Shown piece after piece: positions 26,362-34,992 of a DNA stretch of 64,000 nt; positions within the stretch are counted from its first letter, which is position 1, and each line of letters starts with the position of its first letter. The notes below the pieces were generated by a model. The model did no database searches and was not told where the DNA came from. It saw only the letters and a program-made list of their open reading frames with translations. Made by a program: the position numbers and the translations under genes. Source of the stretch: a virus; IMG/VR virus record IMGVR_UViG_3300032249_000542, positions 105,778-169,777 of that record; one strand, 5' to 3'.

Positions 26362-28608
26362 ATGCAGATTACCGCTGAAAGTAAATCACAGCTTGCTAAA
26401 CTAATGGCAAGCGAAAATCTAACGGTGCAACACCGTAAAACCTCAACCGCATATTTTCTACCTAAAGAGCGTGTCCTCGTATGTCCTATCTGGCAAGATA
26501 TGGCAGGTGACCTTTATGACCTTTGCATGGGTCATGAGGTTGGTCATGCTTTATATACTCCTGTCGAAGGTTGGCATAATGCTGCTTCGAACAAAGGCAA
26601 GAACTATAAGCACTTCCTGAACATTGTGGAAGATGCCCGTATCGAGAAAAAAATCAAACGTAAATACCCAGGGTTAACTCGCCAGTTTTCTAGTGCATAT
26701 AAAAAACTAGTTGACCGTGATTTCTTTGGTATCGAAAAACGTATAGCACCTTTAACATTTATTGACCGCATCAATCTTGAAACAAAGGTTGGTCAATATA
26801 TTAATACTGAATTTCAAAACGAAATTGAAAAGCAATTACTTGCTGAAGTAAATGCTCTGGAAACATGGGATGATGTTGTTCGTGTTACAGATAAAATCTG
26901 GGAATACTCAAAATCCGAACAACAAGAATTGATGGAAGAATGGTATAAGAGTAATCCATCATATCCTGTTGGTGATGATGGTGAGGACCTTGATGATGAT
27001 TCGTCAGAATTTGGTGATGCTGATTTTGATTCTGATGAATTCGATGAAGGCGATTTTGCTGAAGGTGGTCAATCCGATAAATCTGAAAACCAAGAAGATG
27101 ATGATGGTTCTGGTGAGTATGAGGATATCAAAGATAGTACACCATCTGAATCCGACAAAGGTTTTCAACCTCGTGCTGAAACCGATGAAAATTATCGCCG
27201 TAATGAATTAAGTCTTTTGGATGAATCATCTAAAGAATATGTTTACGTGAGTGTTCCATCAAAAATTAATCTAAATCAAATCATTACACCTGCAAAGCGT
27301 GTACATGAATTGATGATGGAATTCTACACACACTATTATAATGGAAATGTAGAAAGTATAACAAACACATACCTTAACGATTTCAAACAAAAGAATGATC
27401 GTTACATATCATTACTTGCAAAAGAATTTGAAATGCGTAAGGCAGCATCTAAGTTTTCCAAAGCAAAAATATCTGAGACTGGTGATATTGATATTAATAA
27501 AATTTACAAGTATCAAATCGATGATACCATCTTTAAAAAGATGATGCGAGTACCTAAAGGTAAATCACACGGTCTGGTTTTGTTGTTAGACAAATCTGGT
27601 TCTATGTCAGATAATATGGCAGCATCGGTTGAACAAATTTTGGTGCTTGCATCATTCTGCCGCAAAGTGAGTATTCCATTTGTAGTCTATGGTTTTGGTA
27701 ATTCTATGGACGCACGTAAGATAGATTTTCCTAATGAAAACTGTTATACCAACGAATGGTTACAAAGTCAGTTCAGCCAAAACACCGGAGAAGTTTTTTT
27801 GAAACCAGTATTCCTTCGTGAGTATCTGAATTCAAACATGGGTGCTGCTGAGTTTCAAAAGTCTTTCAAAAGTCTTTTGTTGTTTAAGAGTTCATTTGTA
27901 TCTTCAGGTAGATATGGTAGATTGCCGTATCCTCCAAGTGAATCATTATCTAATACACCTTTGACAGAATCTATTTTTGCATTAAAAGAAGTAATTGTAG
28001 AATTCCGTAAAAAGTATAACTTGGATATTGTGAATACGGTTGTTGTGCATGACGGTGATGCTGATGCAGTTCGTCACCAACATGCAGATGGTAGACACCA
28101 AATGATTGCACCAGAGAATACTAATTGTTTCTTGGTTGACCGTAAAAACAAATTTCAAGTAAAGATTGATAATTGTCACAACGGTATGCGTGCTGCATCT
28201 ATGAAATGGTTGACTAAAATAACTGGTGCAAAAATTCATGGTTTCTTTATTACAGAATCTAACCTGCGCCAATTACGTTTGTCAATTGAAACTAAGTATG
28301 AAACCGACGAACTCAAAGAAATTTTGAAAATTCAAGATCGTTGGGAACAGAACAGAAAGTTGCAAGAGTATTCTGACAAGTATGCTAAACTTTTGAGAAA
28401 GCAAAAATTGTTGGAATGTGAAAGAGATGGGTATGGTAATTTCTTCCTTATCCCAGGCGGTGATGATTTGAAAGTTGCCGACGAAAGTTTGAATGTAAAC
28501 GGTAAGATTACAACAAGTAAACTTACCAACGCATTCATGAAAATGAACAAGTCTCGGAAGATTAATCGGGTACTTGTATCTAAGTTTATTGGTGGGATAG
28601 CGGTATAA
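26362..28608 (+). CDS. CobT-like protein: HExxH domain + acidic linker + vWA domain
   Basis: GHEVGHAL, NIVEDARIEK, D/E-rich linker, MIDAS LLDKSGSM...TPL...HDG; adjacent to the AAA+ gene. Confidence 0.82.
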   Translation: MQITAESKSQLAKLMASENLTVQHRKTSTAYFLPKERVLVCPIWQDMAGDLYDLCMGHEVGHALYTPVEGWHNAASNKGKNYKHFLNIVEDARIEKKIKRKYPGLTRQFSSAYKKLVDRDFFGIEKRIAPLTFIDRINLETKVGQYINTEFQNEIEKQLLAEVNALETWDDVVRVTDKIWEYSKSEQQELMEEWYKSNPSYPVGDDGEDLDDDSSEFGDADFDSDEFDEGDFAEGGQSDKSENQEDDDGSGEYEDIKDSTPSESDKGFQPRAETDENYRRNELSLLDESSKEYVYVSVPSKINLNQIITPAKRVHELMMEFYTHYYNGNVESITNTYLNDFKQKNDRYISLLAKEFEMRKAASKFSKAKISETGDIDINKIYKYQIDDTIFKKMMRVPKGKSHGLVLLLDKSGSMSDNMAASVEQILVLASFCRKVSIPFVVYGFGNSMDARKIDFPNENCYTNEWLQSQFSQNTGEVFLKPVFLREYLNSNMGAAEFQKSFKSLLLFKSSFVSSGRYGRLPYPPSESLSNTPLTESIFALKEVIVEFRKKYNLDIVNTVVVHDGDADAVRHQHADGRHQMIAPENTNCFLVDRKNKFQVKIDNCHNGMRAASMKWLTKITGAKIHGFFITESNLRQLRLSIETKYETDELKEILKIQDRWEQNRKLQEYSDKYAKLLRKQKLLECERDGYGNFFLIPGGDDLKVADESLNVNGKITTSKLTNAFMKMNKSRKINRVLVSKFIGGIAV

Positions 28609-28620
28609 TTCAAATATCGC

Positions 28621-28649
28621 TTGACATATATCCCGTATTGTGTTATTAT
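28621..28649 (+). promoter_or_regulatory. Early sigma70 promoter
   Basis: TTGACA-N17-TATTAT with extended TGn. Confidence 0.78.
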
Positions 28650-28679
28650 AGTTGTTCATTGTGATTAGGAGTTTATATT

Positions 28680-29852
28680 ATGGCAAGTCGTTCAGAGAGT
28701 CGTCAGAAGTTTTTGAATGCTGTTATCGCACTCGGTAAAACCGAAGTGACCCGTCCAGAAGTTTTCGCAATCGCTGAAAATATTGGAATCCCAGTACCTC
28801 AATGGTTTTTAAAAGAAGATGAATATCGTGCAGGTCGTGGTTTATATCGTGTACCACAATTAACTGCAAAAGTTTTAGCAATGCCTATTAAGGAAGAGCC
28901 TGTAATGGAAACTAAGTCTGGTCACCGTATCACCAATGTTACTACTGACCTTGAGACTGAGGACCTAGTACCTAAGGTTCATCCAAACTATGTTCCTTTC
29001 GGAAACTTTGATGATATCCTGAATATCGTTAAGTCAAATACTTTTTATCCCGTATTCATCACAGGTCAATCTGGTAATGGTAAAACCATGTCAGTTGAAC
29101 AGGCTTGTGCAAAAGCAAAACGTAAATTCGTTTGCGTATCAATGACACCTGATACCGATGAATCTGATTTGCTTGGTAACTACGTTTTGATTAACGGTCA
29201 GATGGAATGGCGTGACGGTCCTGTTACCGTTGCAGCACGACAAGGTGCTGTATTGTGTATCGATGAAATTGACTACGGTGCAAACAATCTTGCATCATTG
29301 CAACGTGTCCTCGAAGGCAAACCATTCTTGTTGAAGAAAAAGAATGAACTAGTTGCACCTGCTCCTGGGTTTACTGTTATAGCAACTGCTAATACCAAGG
29401 GTAAAGGTTCAGAGGATGGTCGTTACATGTACACCAACGTACTAAACGAAGCGTTCCTTGAGCGTTTCATTAATACGATGGAACAAGATTGGCCAACAAC
29501 TATGATCGAACGCAAGATCATCAAGAAAGAACTTGCTTCGGTTGGTCGTAGCGATGATGAGTTTGCAGAGAAACTTGTTACTTGGGCAGATGTTATTCGT
29601 AAAACATTTGCAGAAGGCGGTGTTGACGAAGTGATTTCTACTCGCCGTTTAGTACACATTACTCGCACCTTTGGTGTGTTCGGTAACAAGATGAAGGCAA
29701 TCGAATTGTGCTTGAATCGTTTTGACATTGATACCAAAACATCTTTCTTAGACTTGTACACTAAGGTTGATGCAGGTGCTAATACCGAAACTATCTTGGC
29801 ACAAACTCAGGAAGAAACAACACCTGAAACAACTACAGATATACCTTTCTAA
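28680..29852 (+). CDS. cobS: CobS-like (MoxR family) AAA+ ATPase
   Basis: GQSGNGKT, LCIDEID, TANTKGKGS, NEAFLERF, ISTRRL. Confidence 0.88.
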   Translation: MASRSESRQKFLNAVIALGKTEVTRPEVFAIAENIGIPVPQWFLKEDEYRAGRGLYRVPQLTAKVLAMPIKEEPVMETKSGHRITNVTTDLETEDLVPKVHPNYVPFGNFDDILNIVKSNTFYPVFITGQSGNGKTMSVEQACAKAKRKFVCVSMTPDTDESDLLGNYVLINGQMEWRDGPVTVAARQGAVLCIDEIDYGANNLASLQRVLEGKPFLLKKKNELVAPAPGFTVIATANTKGKGSEDGRYMYTNVLNEAFLERFINTMEQDWPTTMIERKIIKKELASVGRSDDEFAEKLVTWADVIRKTFAEGGVDEVISTRRLVHITRTFGVFGNKMKAIELCLNRFDIDTKTSFLDLYTKVDAGANTETILAQTQEETTPETTTDIPF

Positions 29853-29866
29853 TCAACATGATTACC

Positions 29867-29895
29867 AGAGAGAGTATTGACTTACTCTCTCTTTT
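29867..29895 (+). terminator. Terminator hairpin after cobS whose loop is the next -35 box
   Basis: AGAGAGAGTA-TTGACT-TACTCTCTCT-TTT. Confidence 0.65.
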
Positions 29896-29905
29896 GTAGT
29901 ATGAT
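29877..29905 (+). promoter_or_regulatory. sigma70 promoter
   Basis: TTGACT-N17-TATGAT. Confidence 0.72.
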
Positions 29906-29911
29906 GTACAT

Positions 29912-29955
29912 ATTGCAGAGAAAGACTGCCTCTGTGATGTTTCTAAAGCGCAGTC
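29912..29955 (+). ncRNA. Predicted H-type pseudoknot in a 5' leader
   Basis: S1 AUUGCAGAG/CUCUGUGAU; S2 GACUGC/GCAGUC; begins at the predicted TSS. Confidence 0.55.
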
Positions 29956-29975
29956 ATATTTTATGGAGTTTTTGA

Positions 29976-30251
29976 ATGAAGTCAGCTAAACAAAAAGTGC
30001 TTGCATATCTTTCTAAAGAAGATGGTTACAACACACTAACACCAAACAAAATGCAATCACTCTACGGTATTGCAAATCCATCAGCAACCATCAATGAGTT
30101 GCGTAACGATGGTCATGCGATCTATTTCAATAGCCGCATCAACAGCAACGGCGAGAAAGTTTCTTTCTACCGTTTAGGCACACCTACTAAGCGTATCGTT
30201 GCTGCAGGTATTGCTGCTATTCGTGCCCAAGGCGAACGTGCTTTTGCCTAA
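29976..30251 (+). CDS. Small winged-HTH protein
   Basis: KQKVLAYL...YGIANPSATINELRNDGHAI...FYRLG pattern; own promoter and terminator. Confidence 0.65.
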   Translation: MKSAKQKVLAYLSKEDGYNTLTPNKMQSLYGIANPSATINELRNDGHAIYFNSRINSNGEKVSFYRLGTPTKRIVAAGIAAIRAQGERAFA

Positions 30252-30270
30252 TTTCTAGGCGAAAAATCTG

Positions 30271-30311
30271 GAGAGTGGAGATATATAATAGTGTCTCCCT
30301 CTCTTTTTTTT
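30271..30311 (+). terminator. Intrinsic terminator
   Basis: GAGAG(T)GGAGATAT...GTGTCTCCCTCTC + long T tract. Confidence 0.8.
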
Positions 30312-30322
30312 ATGGATAAACT

Positions 30323-31117
30323 ATGGAAATACAAGTAAAAATAGATGAATTGAGAAAAAATAAACTGTTTGTTGCAACCCCAATGTATGGTGGTATGGCA
30401 AATGGCTTGTATGTCAAGTCCAGTCTTGATCTACAGGCAGTCATGTCAAGATACGGAGTTGAAACTAAGTTTTCTTTCCTATTCAATGAATCACTAATCA
30501 CACGAGCAAGAAATTATCTAGTAGATGAATTCCTCCGCTCTGAATGCACACACTTACTCTTTATCGATTCTGATATTCATTATGATCCACGTGACGTTAT
30601 CGCATTGATGGCACTTGATAAAGATGTTATTGGTGCTCCTTACCCTAAGAAGTCAATCAACTGGGGTAACATTGCAAGCGCAGCTCGCAAGCATCCAAAC
30701 CTTGATCCCAAAGAACTTGAAACCCTTGTTGGTGAATATGTTTTCAATGTGGTTAAAGGTACATCACAATTTCAAGTTACAGAACCACTTGAAGTGATGG
30801 AAATTGGTACAGGGTTCATGATGGTAAAACGTGAGGTATTCGGAAAGTATGCGGAAGCATATCCAGAGTATCGTTACAAACCAGATCATGTTGGTCAAGC
30901 AAACTTTGATGGTTCAAGATACATTCATGCGTATTTTGATACAGTCATTGATCCTGAATCTGAGCGTTACTTGTCAGAGGATTACATGTTCTGTCAATGG
31001 TGGCGTAAAATCGGTGGACAGATTTATCTTTGTCCATGGATGAAAACGCAACACATCGGTACCTATGCTTTCTCTGGCAATATGCCAAAGGTAGCGGAAC
31101 TAACTGGTAAACTGTAA
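30323..31117 (+). CDS. GT-A fold glycosyltransferase
   Basis: VATPMYGG, ESLITRARN, LFIDSDI (DxD), GTGFMM, LSEDYMFC. Confidence 0.8.
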   Translation: MEIQVKIDELRKNKLFVATPMYGGMANGLYVKSSLDLQAVMSRYGVETKFSFLFNESLITRARNYLVDEFLRSECTHLLFIDSDIHYDPRDVIALMALDKDVIGAPYPKKSINWGNIASAARKHPNLDPKELETLVGEYVFNVVKGTSQFQVTEPLEVMEIGTGFMMVKREVFGKYAEAYPEYRYKPDHVGQANFDGSRYIHAYFDTVIDPESERYLSEDYMFCQWWRKIGGQIYLCPWMKTQHIGTYAFSGNMPKVAELTGKL

Positions 31118-31461
31118 TGGAACAGATTGGCCGTAAGTTTGATGGTGAGAAACTAGAGTATGGTTTATTGCCACCGCTTGCATTAAAGGCCACGGTTGAC
31201 GTATTGACGTTTGGTGCTCAGAAGTATGAACGAGGTAATTGGAAGTACGTTTCTGAATCCAAACGAAGATATTTTGATGCATTGCATCGGCACATATGGG
31301 AATGGAAAGAAGGTGAACAACTAGATCCTGAATCTGGTAAACATCATCTAGCTCATGCCATATGTTGCTTGATGTTTTTGTATGAACATGATATACTCTA
31401 TTCTATTGATGACAATTTTAATAATGAGGCAAAAAATGAAGCTATCCAAAGAAACAGTTGA
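31117..31461 (+). CDS. DUF5664-like dATP/dGTP diphosphohydrolase-family protein
   Basis: GRKFDGEK, VLTFGAQKYERGNW, ALHRH, DPESGKHHLAHA. Confidence 0.8.
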   Translation: MEQIGRKFDGEKLEYGLLPPLALKATVDVLTFGAQKYERGNWKYVSESKRRYFDALHRHIWEWKEGEQLDPESGKHHLAHAICCLMFLYEHDILYSIDDNFNNEAKNEAIQRNS

Positions 31462-32116
31462 GATTCTTAAAAACTACGGTGCTATCAATCAAGGTATGTA
31501 CTTCCGTCAAGGTAAGTTTTTAAAGACTGTCAACTCCCACAAAAACATTCTAACAAGCGCACAGATTGACGAGGATATTCCAGTTAATTTTGGTGTGTAT
31601 GATATCAACAACTTCCTAAGTGTTATATCACTTGACGAATCACCAGAGTTTGAATTCAGTTCAAATGATGTTAAGATTAAGTGTAAAGGTGGTCGTAGCA
31701 TCATCAAGTATGGATTCTGCCAACCAGACTTAATTGTTTGTGCTCCAGAAAAAGACTTGGTAATGCCAGATCCAGAAATTCAATTCAATCTTTCACAAGA
31801 TGACTTGAAGTGGATTCTACGTAGTGCAAGTGTATTATCTACACCGCAAGTTGTTGTTGAATCTGATGGTGCAGATATAAATGTTACTGCAACCGATCTT
31901 TCTAATGACGCTACTAATGTCAACACACTAAGAGTTGGTGACGGTAACGGTAGTGCATACAAAATGATTTTCAAGGCTGAGTTCCTTGAGAAACTTATGT
32001 CTGGTAATTACGAAGTGAAGATTTCTTCTAAAGGTATCTCACATTTCAAAAACACTGGCCGTAAGATTGAATACTGGATTACTACTGAAACTGGTAGTAA
32101 ATTTTCTGCATCCTAA
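31436..32116 (+). CDS. gp45: Sliding clamp gp45
   Basis: MKLSKETVEILKNY...INQ, FGVYDINNFL, ISSKGISHF, IEYWI; RBS GAGG before ATG 31436. Confidence 0.93.
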   Translation: MKLSKETVEILKNYGAINQGMYFRQGKFLKTVNSHKNILTSAQIDEDIPVNFGVYDINNFLSVISLDESPEFEFSSNDVKIKCKGGRSIIKYGFCQPDLIVCAPEKDLVMPDPEIQFNLSQDDLKWILRSASVLSTPQVVVESDGADINVTATDLSNDATNVNTLRVGDGNGSAYKMIFKAEFLEKLMSGNYEVKISSKGISHFKNTGRKIEYWITTETGSKFSAS

Positions 32117-32131
32117 TAGGACATTTATATT

Positions 32132-32299
32132 ATGAAACAATTCTTTACTCCTAAAGAAGAATACATTGCTGTTCTCCAAACAGAAATGGAAACATTGTTG
32201 CGTTATTACTTTAATCCAAATAAAGAAGGTACAGGACACTACAACACAGCAGCAAGTGTCCTGTCCGAAAGAATTAAAGAATTACAAGCGCAAGTTTAA
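32132..32299 (+). CDS. Small hypothetical protein (55 aa, EGTGHYNTAASVL)
   Basis: RBS AGGA; fills the gp45-gp44 gap; below the ORF-track cutoff. Confidence 0.7.
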   Translation: MKQFFTPKEEYIAVLQTEMETLLRYYFNPNKEGTGHYNTAASVLSERIKELQAQV

Positions 32300-32324
32300 A
32301 TTATGATTTTTGTGAAAGGTTCTA

Positions 32325-33257
32325 ATGGAACATATATTATGGACAGAGAAGTATCGTCCTCAAACGATAGAAAACTGTATCCTACCAGAACGATTGAAAA
32401 AACCATTTCAGGAATACGTCAATCAAAAGACTATTCCGAATCTTCTATTGAGTGGTGGCCCAGGAGTCGGAAAGACAACTGTAGCCAAAGCAATGTGCAA
32501 CGAGATAGGATGCGATTATCTAGTAATCAATGGTTCTGACGAATCTGGTATTGATACATTCCGCACTAAAATAAAGCACTACGCTTCTTCTATGTCATTT
32601 GATGGTAATCGTAAGGTTATCATCATTGACGAAGCGGATTATCTAAATCCTAATTCTACACAACCTGCTCTGCGTAATGCGATTGAAGAATTCGCAGGAA
32701 ACTGCTCATTCATCTTTACTTGTAATTTCAAGAATCGTATTATTGATCCACTTCATTCACGGTGTGCTGTGATTGAGTTTGGTATGAAGAACGGTGAGAA
32801 AGAAAAGATGGCTTCGCAGTTTTTCAAGCGAATTCAGGAGATTTTGCAAAGTGAAAAAATCGAGTTTGATAAGGCAGTTGTTGCCGAGTTAGTCAAGAAA
32901 CACTTTCCAGACTTCCGTCGTGTCGTTAATGAACTGCAAAGGTATTCAAAGTTTGGTGAGATCAATCAAGGTATCCTTGCACAGATATCATCAACAAAAA
33001 TTTCTGACATTGTAAAACACATTTCTGCAAAAGACTTTGGTTCCATTCGTAAATGGGCAGCGACAGAAGATATCGATCCTACTACAGTTTTCAGAATGAT
33101 TTACGATAACATGTATGATATATTGAAACCAAATTCAATTCCAAAAGCAGTTTGTATTCTTGCTGACTATCAGTACAAGAATGCTTTTGTTGCTGATCCT
33201 GAAATCAATATGGTTGCATGTTTGACTGAACTGATGGTTGAATGTGAATTTCAATAA
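32325..33257 (+). CDS. gp44: Clamp loader large subunit gp44
   Basis: WTEKYRP, GPGVGKTT, IIIDEAD, LHSRC. Confidence 0.96.
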   Translation: MEHILWTEKYRPQTIENCILPERLKKPFQEYVNQKTIPNLLLSGGPGVGKTTVAKAMCNEIGCDYLVINGSDESGIDTFRTKIKHYASSMSFDGNRKVIIIDEADYLNPNSTQPALRNAIEEFAGNCSFIFTCNFKNRIIDPLHSRCAVIEFGMKNGEKEKMASQFFKRIQEILQSEKIEFDKAVVAELVKKHFPDFRRVVNELQRYSKFGEINQGILAQISSTKISDIVKHISAKDFGSIRKWAATEDIDPTTVFRMIYDNMYDILKPNSIPKAVCILADYQYKNAFVADPEINMVACLTELMVECEFQ

Positions 33258-33643
33258 TGAGTAACCCTTTTGATTATGTTAAAGAAATTCTTCAAGGCAA
33301 GAAGAATATCATAAAAGATGCAGAGTCAGAAAAAGACTATGTTCCATATCTGGTCAACCGTAGTATTTCGTATCATTATGATTGTGTCATGTGGGCAAAT
33401 GAGATGAATATTCGTTCATCTGCTGACAAAAAGATGCAATTTGACTTTTTACTAAATACTGTACGGTCAACGAAAAGACCATTTGCTAAGTGGATTAAGC
33501 GTGAATCAAGTGACGATATAGAATGTTTGAAGTTACTTTATGGATATTCCAATCAAAAAGCCCTTGAAGCTCTACGCCTACTTAGTGATGAACAAATCCA
33601 AGAACTAAAAGAAAAAACTCGAAAGGGTGGATTAAGGAAATGA
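33257..33643 (+). CDS. gp62: Clamp loader small subunit gp62
   Basis: YVPYLVNR, ANEMN, QFDFLLN, YGYSNQKA. Confidence 0.93.
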   Translation: MSNPFDYVKEILQGKKNIIKDAESEKDYVPYLVNRSISYHYDCVMWANEMNIRSSADKKMQFDFLLNTVRSTKRPFAKWIKRESSDDIECLKLLYGYSNQKALEALRLLSDEQIQELKEKTRKGGLRK

Positions 33644-33644
33644 T

Positions 33645-34049
33645 ATGGCTGATATTTCTAAGTTTGTTGAAGTCGAACTAGGTGAAGAAGATGACTTTCT
33701 GAAGGTACGTGAAACTCTAACAAGAATTGGTGTTTCATCACGCAAGGAAAGAATCCTCTATCAATCTTGTCACATTTTACACAAACAAGGTAGATATTAT
33801 ATAGTACACTTTAAAGAACTTTTTGCATTAGATGGCAAACCATCTAATATTTCAGAGAACGATATTCAACGTAGAAATACGATTGCAAATCTTTTGGAAC
33901 AATGGGGATTAGTGAAGATTATGAATTCACAAGTTGTCAAAGATAACATGGCACCTATCCATCAGATTAAAATTATATCATTTAAAGATAAAGACGATTG
34001 GGACTTAGTAACTAAATATAATATAGGTAAGAAGAAATCTGATTACTAA
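33645..34049 (+). CDS. regA: Translational repressor RegA
   Basis: DDFLKVRETLTRIG, LYQSCHILHKQGRYYIVHFKELF. Confidence 0.97.
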   Translation: MADISKFVEVELGEEDDFLKVRETLTRIGVSSRKERILYQSCHILHKQGRYYIVHFKELFALDGKPSNISENDIQRRNTIANLLEQWGLVKIMNSQVVKDNMAPIHQIKIISFKDKDDWDLVTKYNIGKKKSDY

Positions 34050-34063
34050 AATGGTGATTAATC

Positions 34064-34246
34064 ATGCACAAAGCGAAAGTAAATCCAACGAAGTTGGTAA
34101 ACAAATATACTAAAGAAGAAGTATATACTAGAAATTACGATGATGTGATTAGAGAAGGAGCTAACGAATTCGTTCGTGTCTTTACTCAATCAAATCCTCA
34201 AAGAACTTATCTTGTCAATCGCACAGCGTTTGAGATTGCCAAGTAA
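34064..34246 (+). CDS. Small hypothetical protein
   Basis: ORF with GGTG RBS between regA and hsp20. Confidence 0.6.
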   Translation: MHKAKVNPTKLVNKYTKEEVYTRNYDDVIREGANEFVRVFTQSNPQRTYLVNRTAFEIAK

Positions 34247-34248
34247 GT

Positions 34249-34302
34249 CGTGATGCCTTCGGGGTCACGTATTTTAACTTGCTTAATAAGGAGAGTAACA
34301 TG
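34249..34302 (+). promoter_or_regulatory. ROSE-like RNA thermometer in the hsp20 leader
   Basis: UUCG hairpin, then CUUGCUU-AAU-AAGGAG hairpin with a bulged G sequestering the SD. Confidence 0.6.
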
Positions 34303-34770
34303 GTAGGACGCATTTCATTTGGACCTTTGTTCCATCAAACACTTGGCTTTGAAAACTTTATTCGTGATGTTGAGAAAATGCTTGACAATGAAGTTAAACC
34401 TTCAACATTTCCACCACATAACATCATCAAAGCAGATGAGAACAAATATGTGGTAGAACTTGCTGTTGCAGGTTTTGCAAAAGACGAAATCGATATCTCA
34501 CTACAAGATGGTAACCTAACCATCAAGGGTGACAAGAAAGATAAAGATGAATCCAATTATCTATATCGTGGTATCGGCACTCGCTCTTTTACCAAAGTCA
34601 TTACAATCGCAGACACCATTGAAGTAAAGGGTGCTGAGATCAAAGATGGTATTCTACGTGTTGGACTTGAGAACATCATTCCAGAACACAAGAAACCACG
34701 CAAGATTGAAATCAGCAATGAACTAAAAGAGTTTAAGCCACAACTTCTACAAGAAAAAGTTGCAGCATAA
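34300..34770 (+). CDS. hsp20: Small heat-shock protein (Hsp20/IbpA-like)
   Basis: FPPHNI, ELAVAGF, YLYRGIGTRSF, DGIL, IPEHKKPRKIEI; start at ATG 34300 after AAGGAG. Confidence 0.95.
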   Translation: MVGRISFGPLFHQTLGFENFIRDVEKMLDNEVKPSTFPPHNIIKADENKYVVELAVAGFAKDEIDISLQDGNLTIKGDKKDKDESNYLYRGIGTRSFTKVITIADTIEVKGAEIKDGILRVGLENIIPEHKKPRKIEISNELKEFKPQLLQEKVAA

Positions 34771-34773
34771 ACG

Positions 34774-34797
34774 GTGGGGCTTCATGCCCCACTTTCT
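34774..34797 (+). terminator. Hairpin/weak terminator after hsp20
   Basis: GTGGGGC-TTCAT-GCCCCAC-TTTCT. Confidence 0.65.
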
Positions 34798-34809
34798 GAA
34801 AGATATATT

Positions 34810-34992
34810 ATGAAAAAATCAAACAGTCAATACAAAATGCCTAAAGAGACTAAGCGTTTGCTTATGGGAATGTCAGGCGATCACAAAAGTAATTATCGCA
34901 AAGCAACAATACAAGCAGATGTTCAACCTAAATTAGACTTCATGTTTAGAGACAAGAAGAAAAATAAAGGTGAGTCTAAAAATGAAGAATAA
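34810..34992 (+). CDS. Small basic hypothetical protein
   Basis: MKKSNSQYKMPKETKRLL; ATG 34810 more plausible than GTG 34774, which lies in the hairpin. Confidence 0.6.
   Translation: MKKSNSQYKMPKETKRLLMGMSGDHKSNYRKATIQADVQPKLDFMFRDKKKNKGESKNEE

Noticed and set aside
26362-29852. Literal cobalamin-biosynthesis (CobST) function
   Set aside because: No cobN or other cob genes in the window; a generic MoxR/vWA pair is the safer call
31117-31461. Z-genome (2-aminoadenine) pathway suggested by the DUF5664-like gene
   Set aside because: No PurZ-like gene in the window; the domain alone is not sufficient
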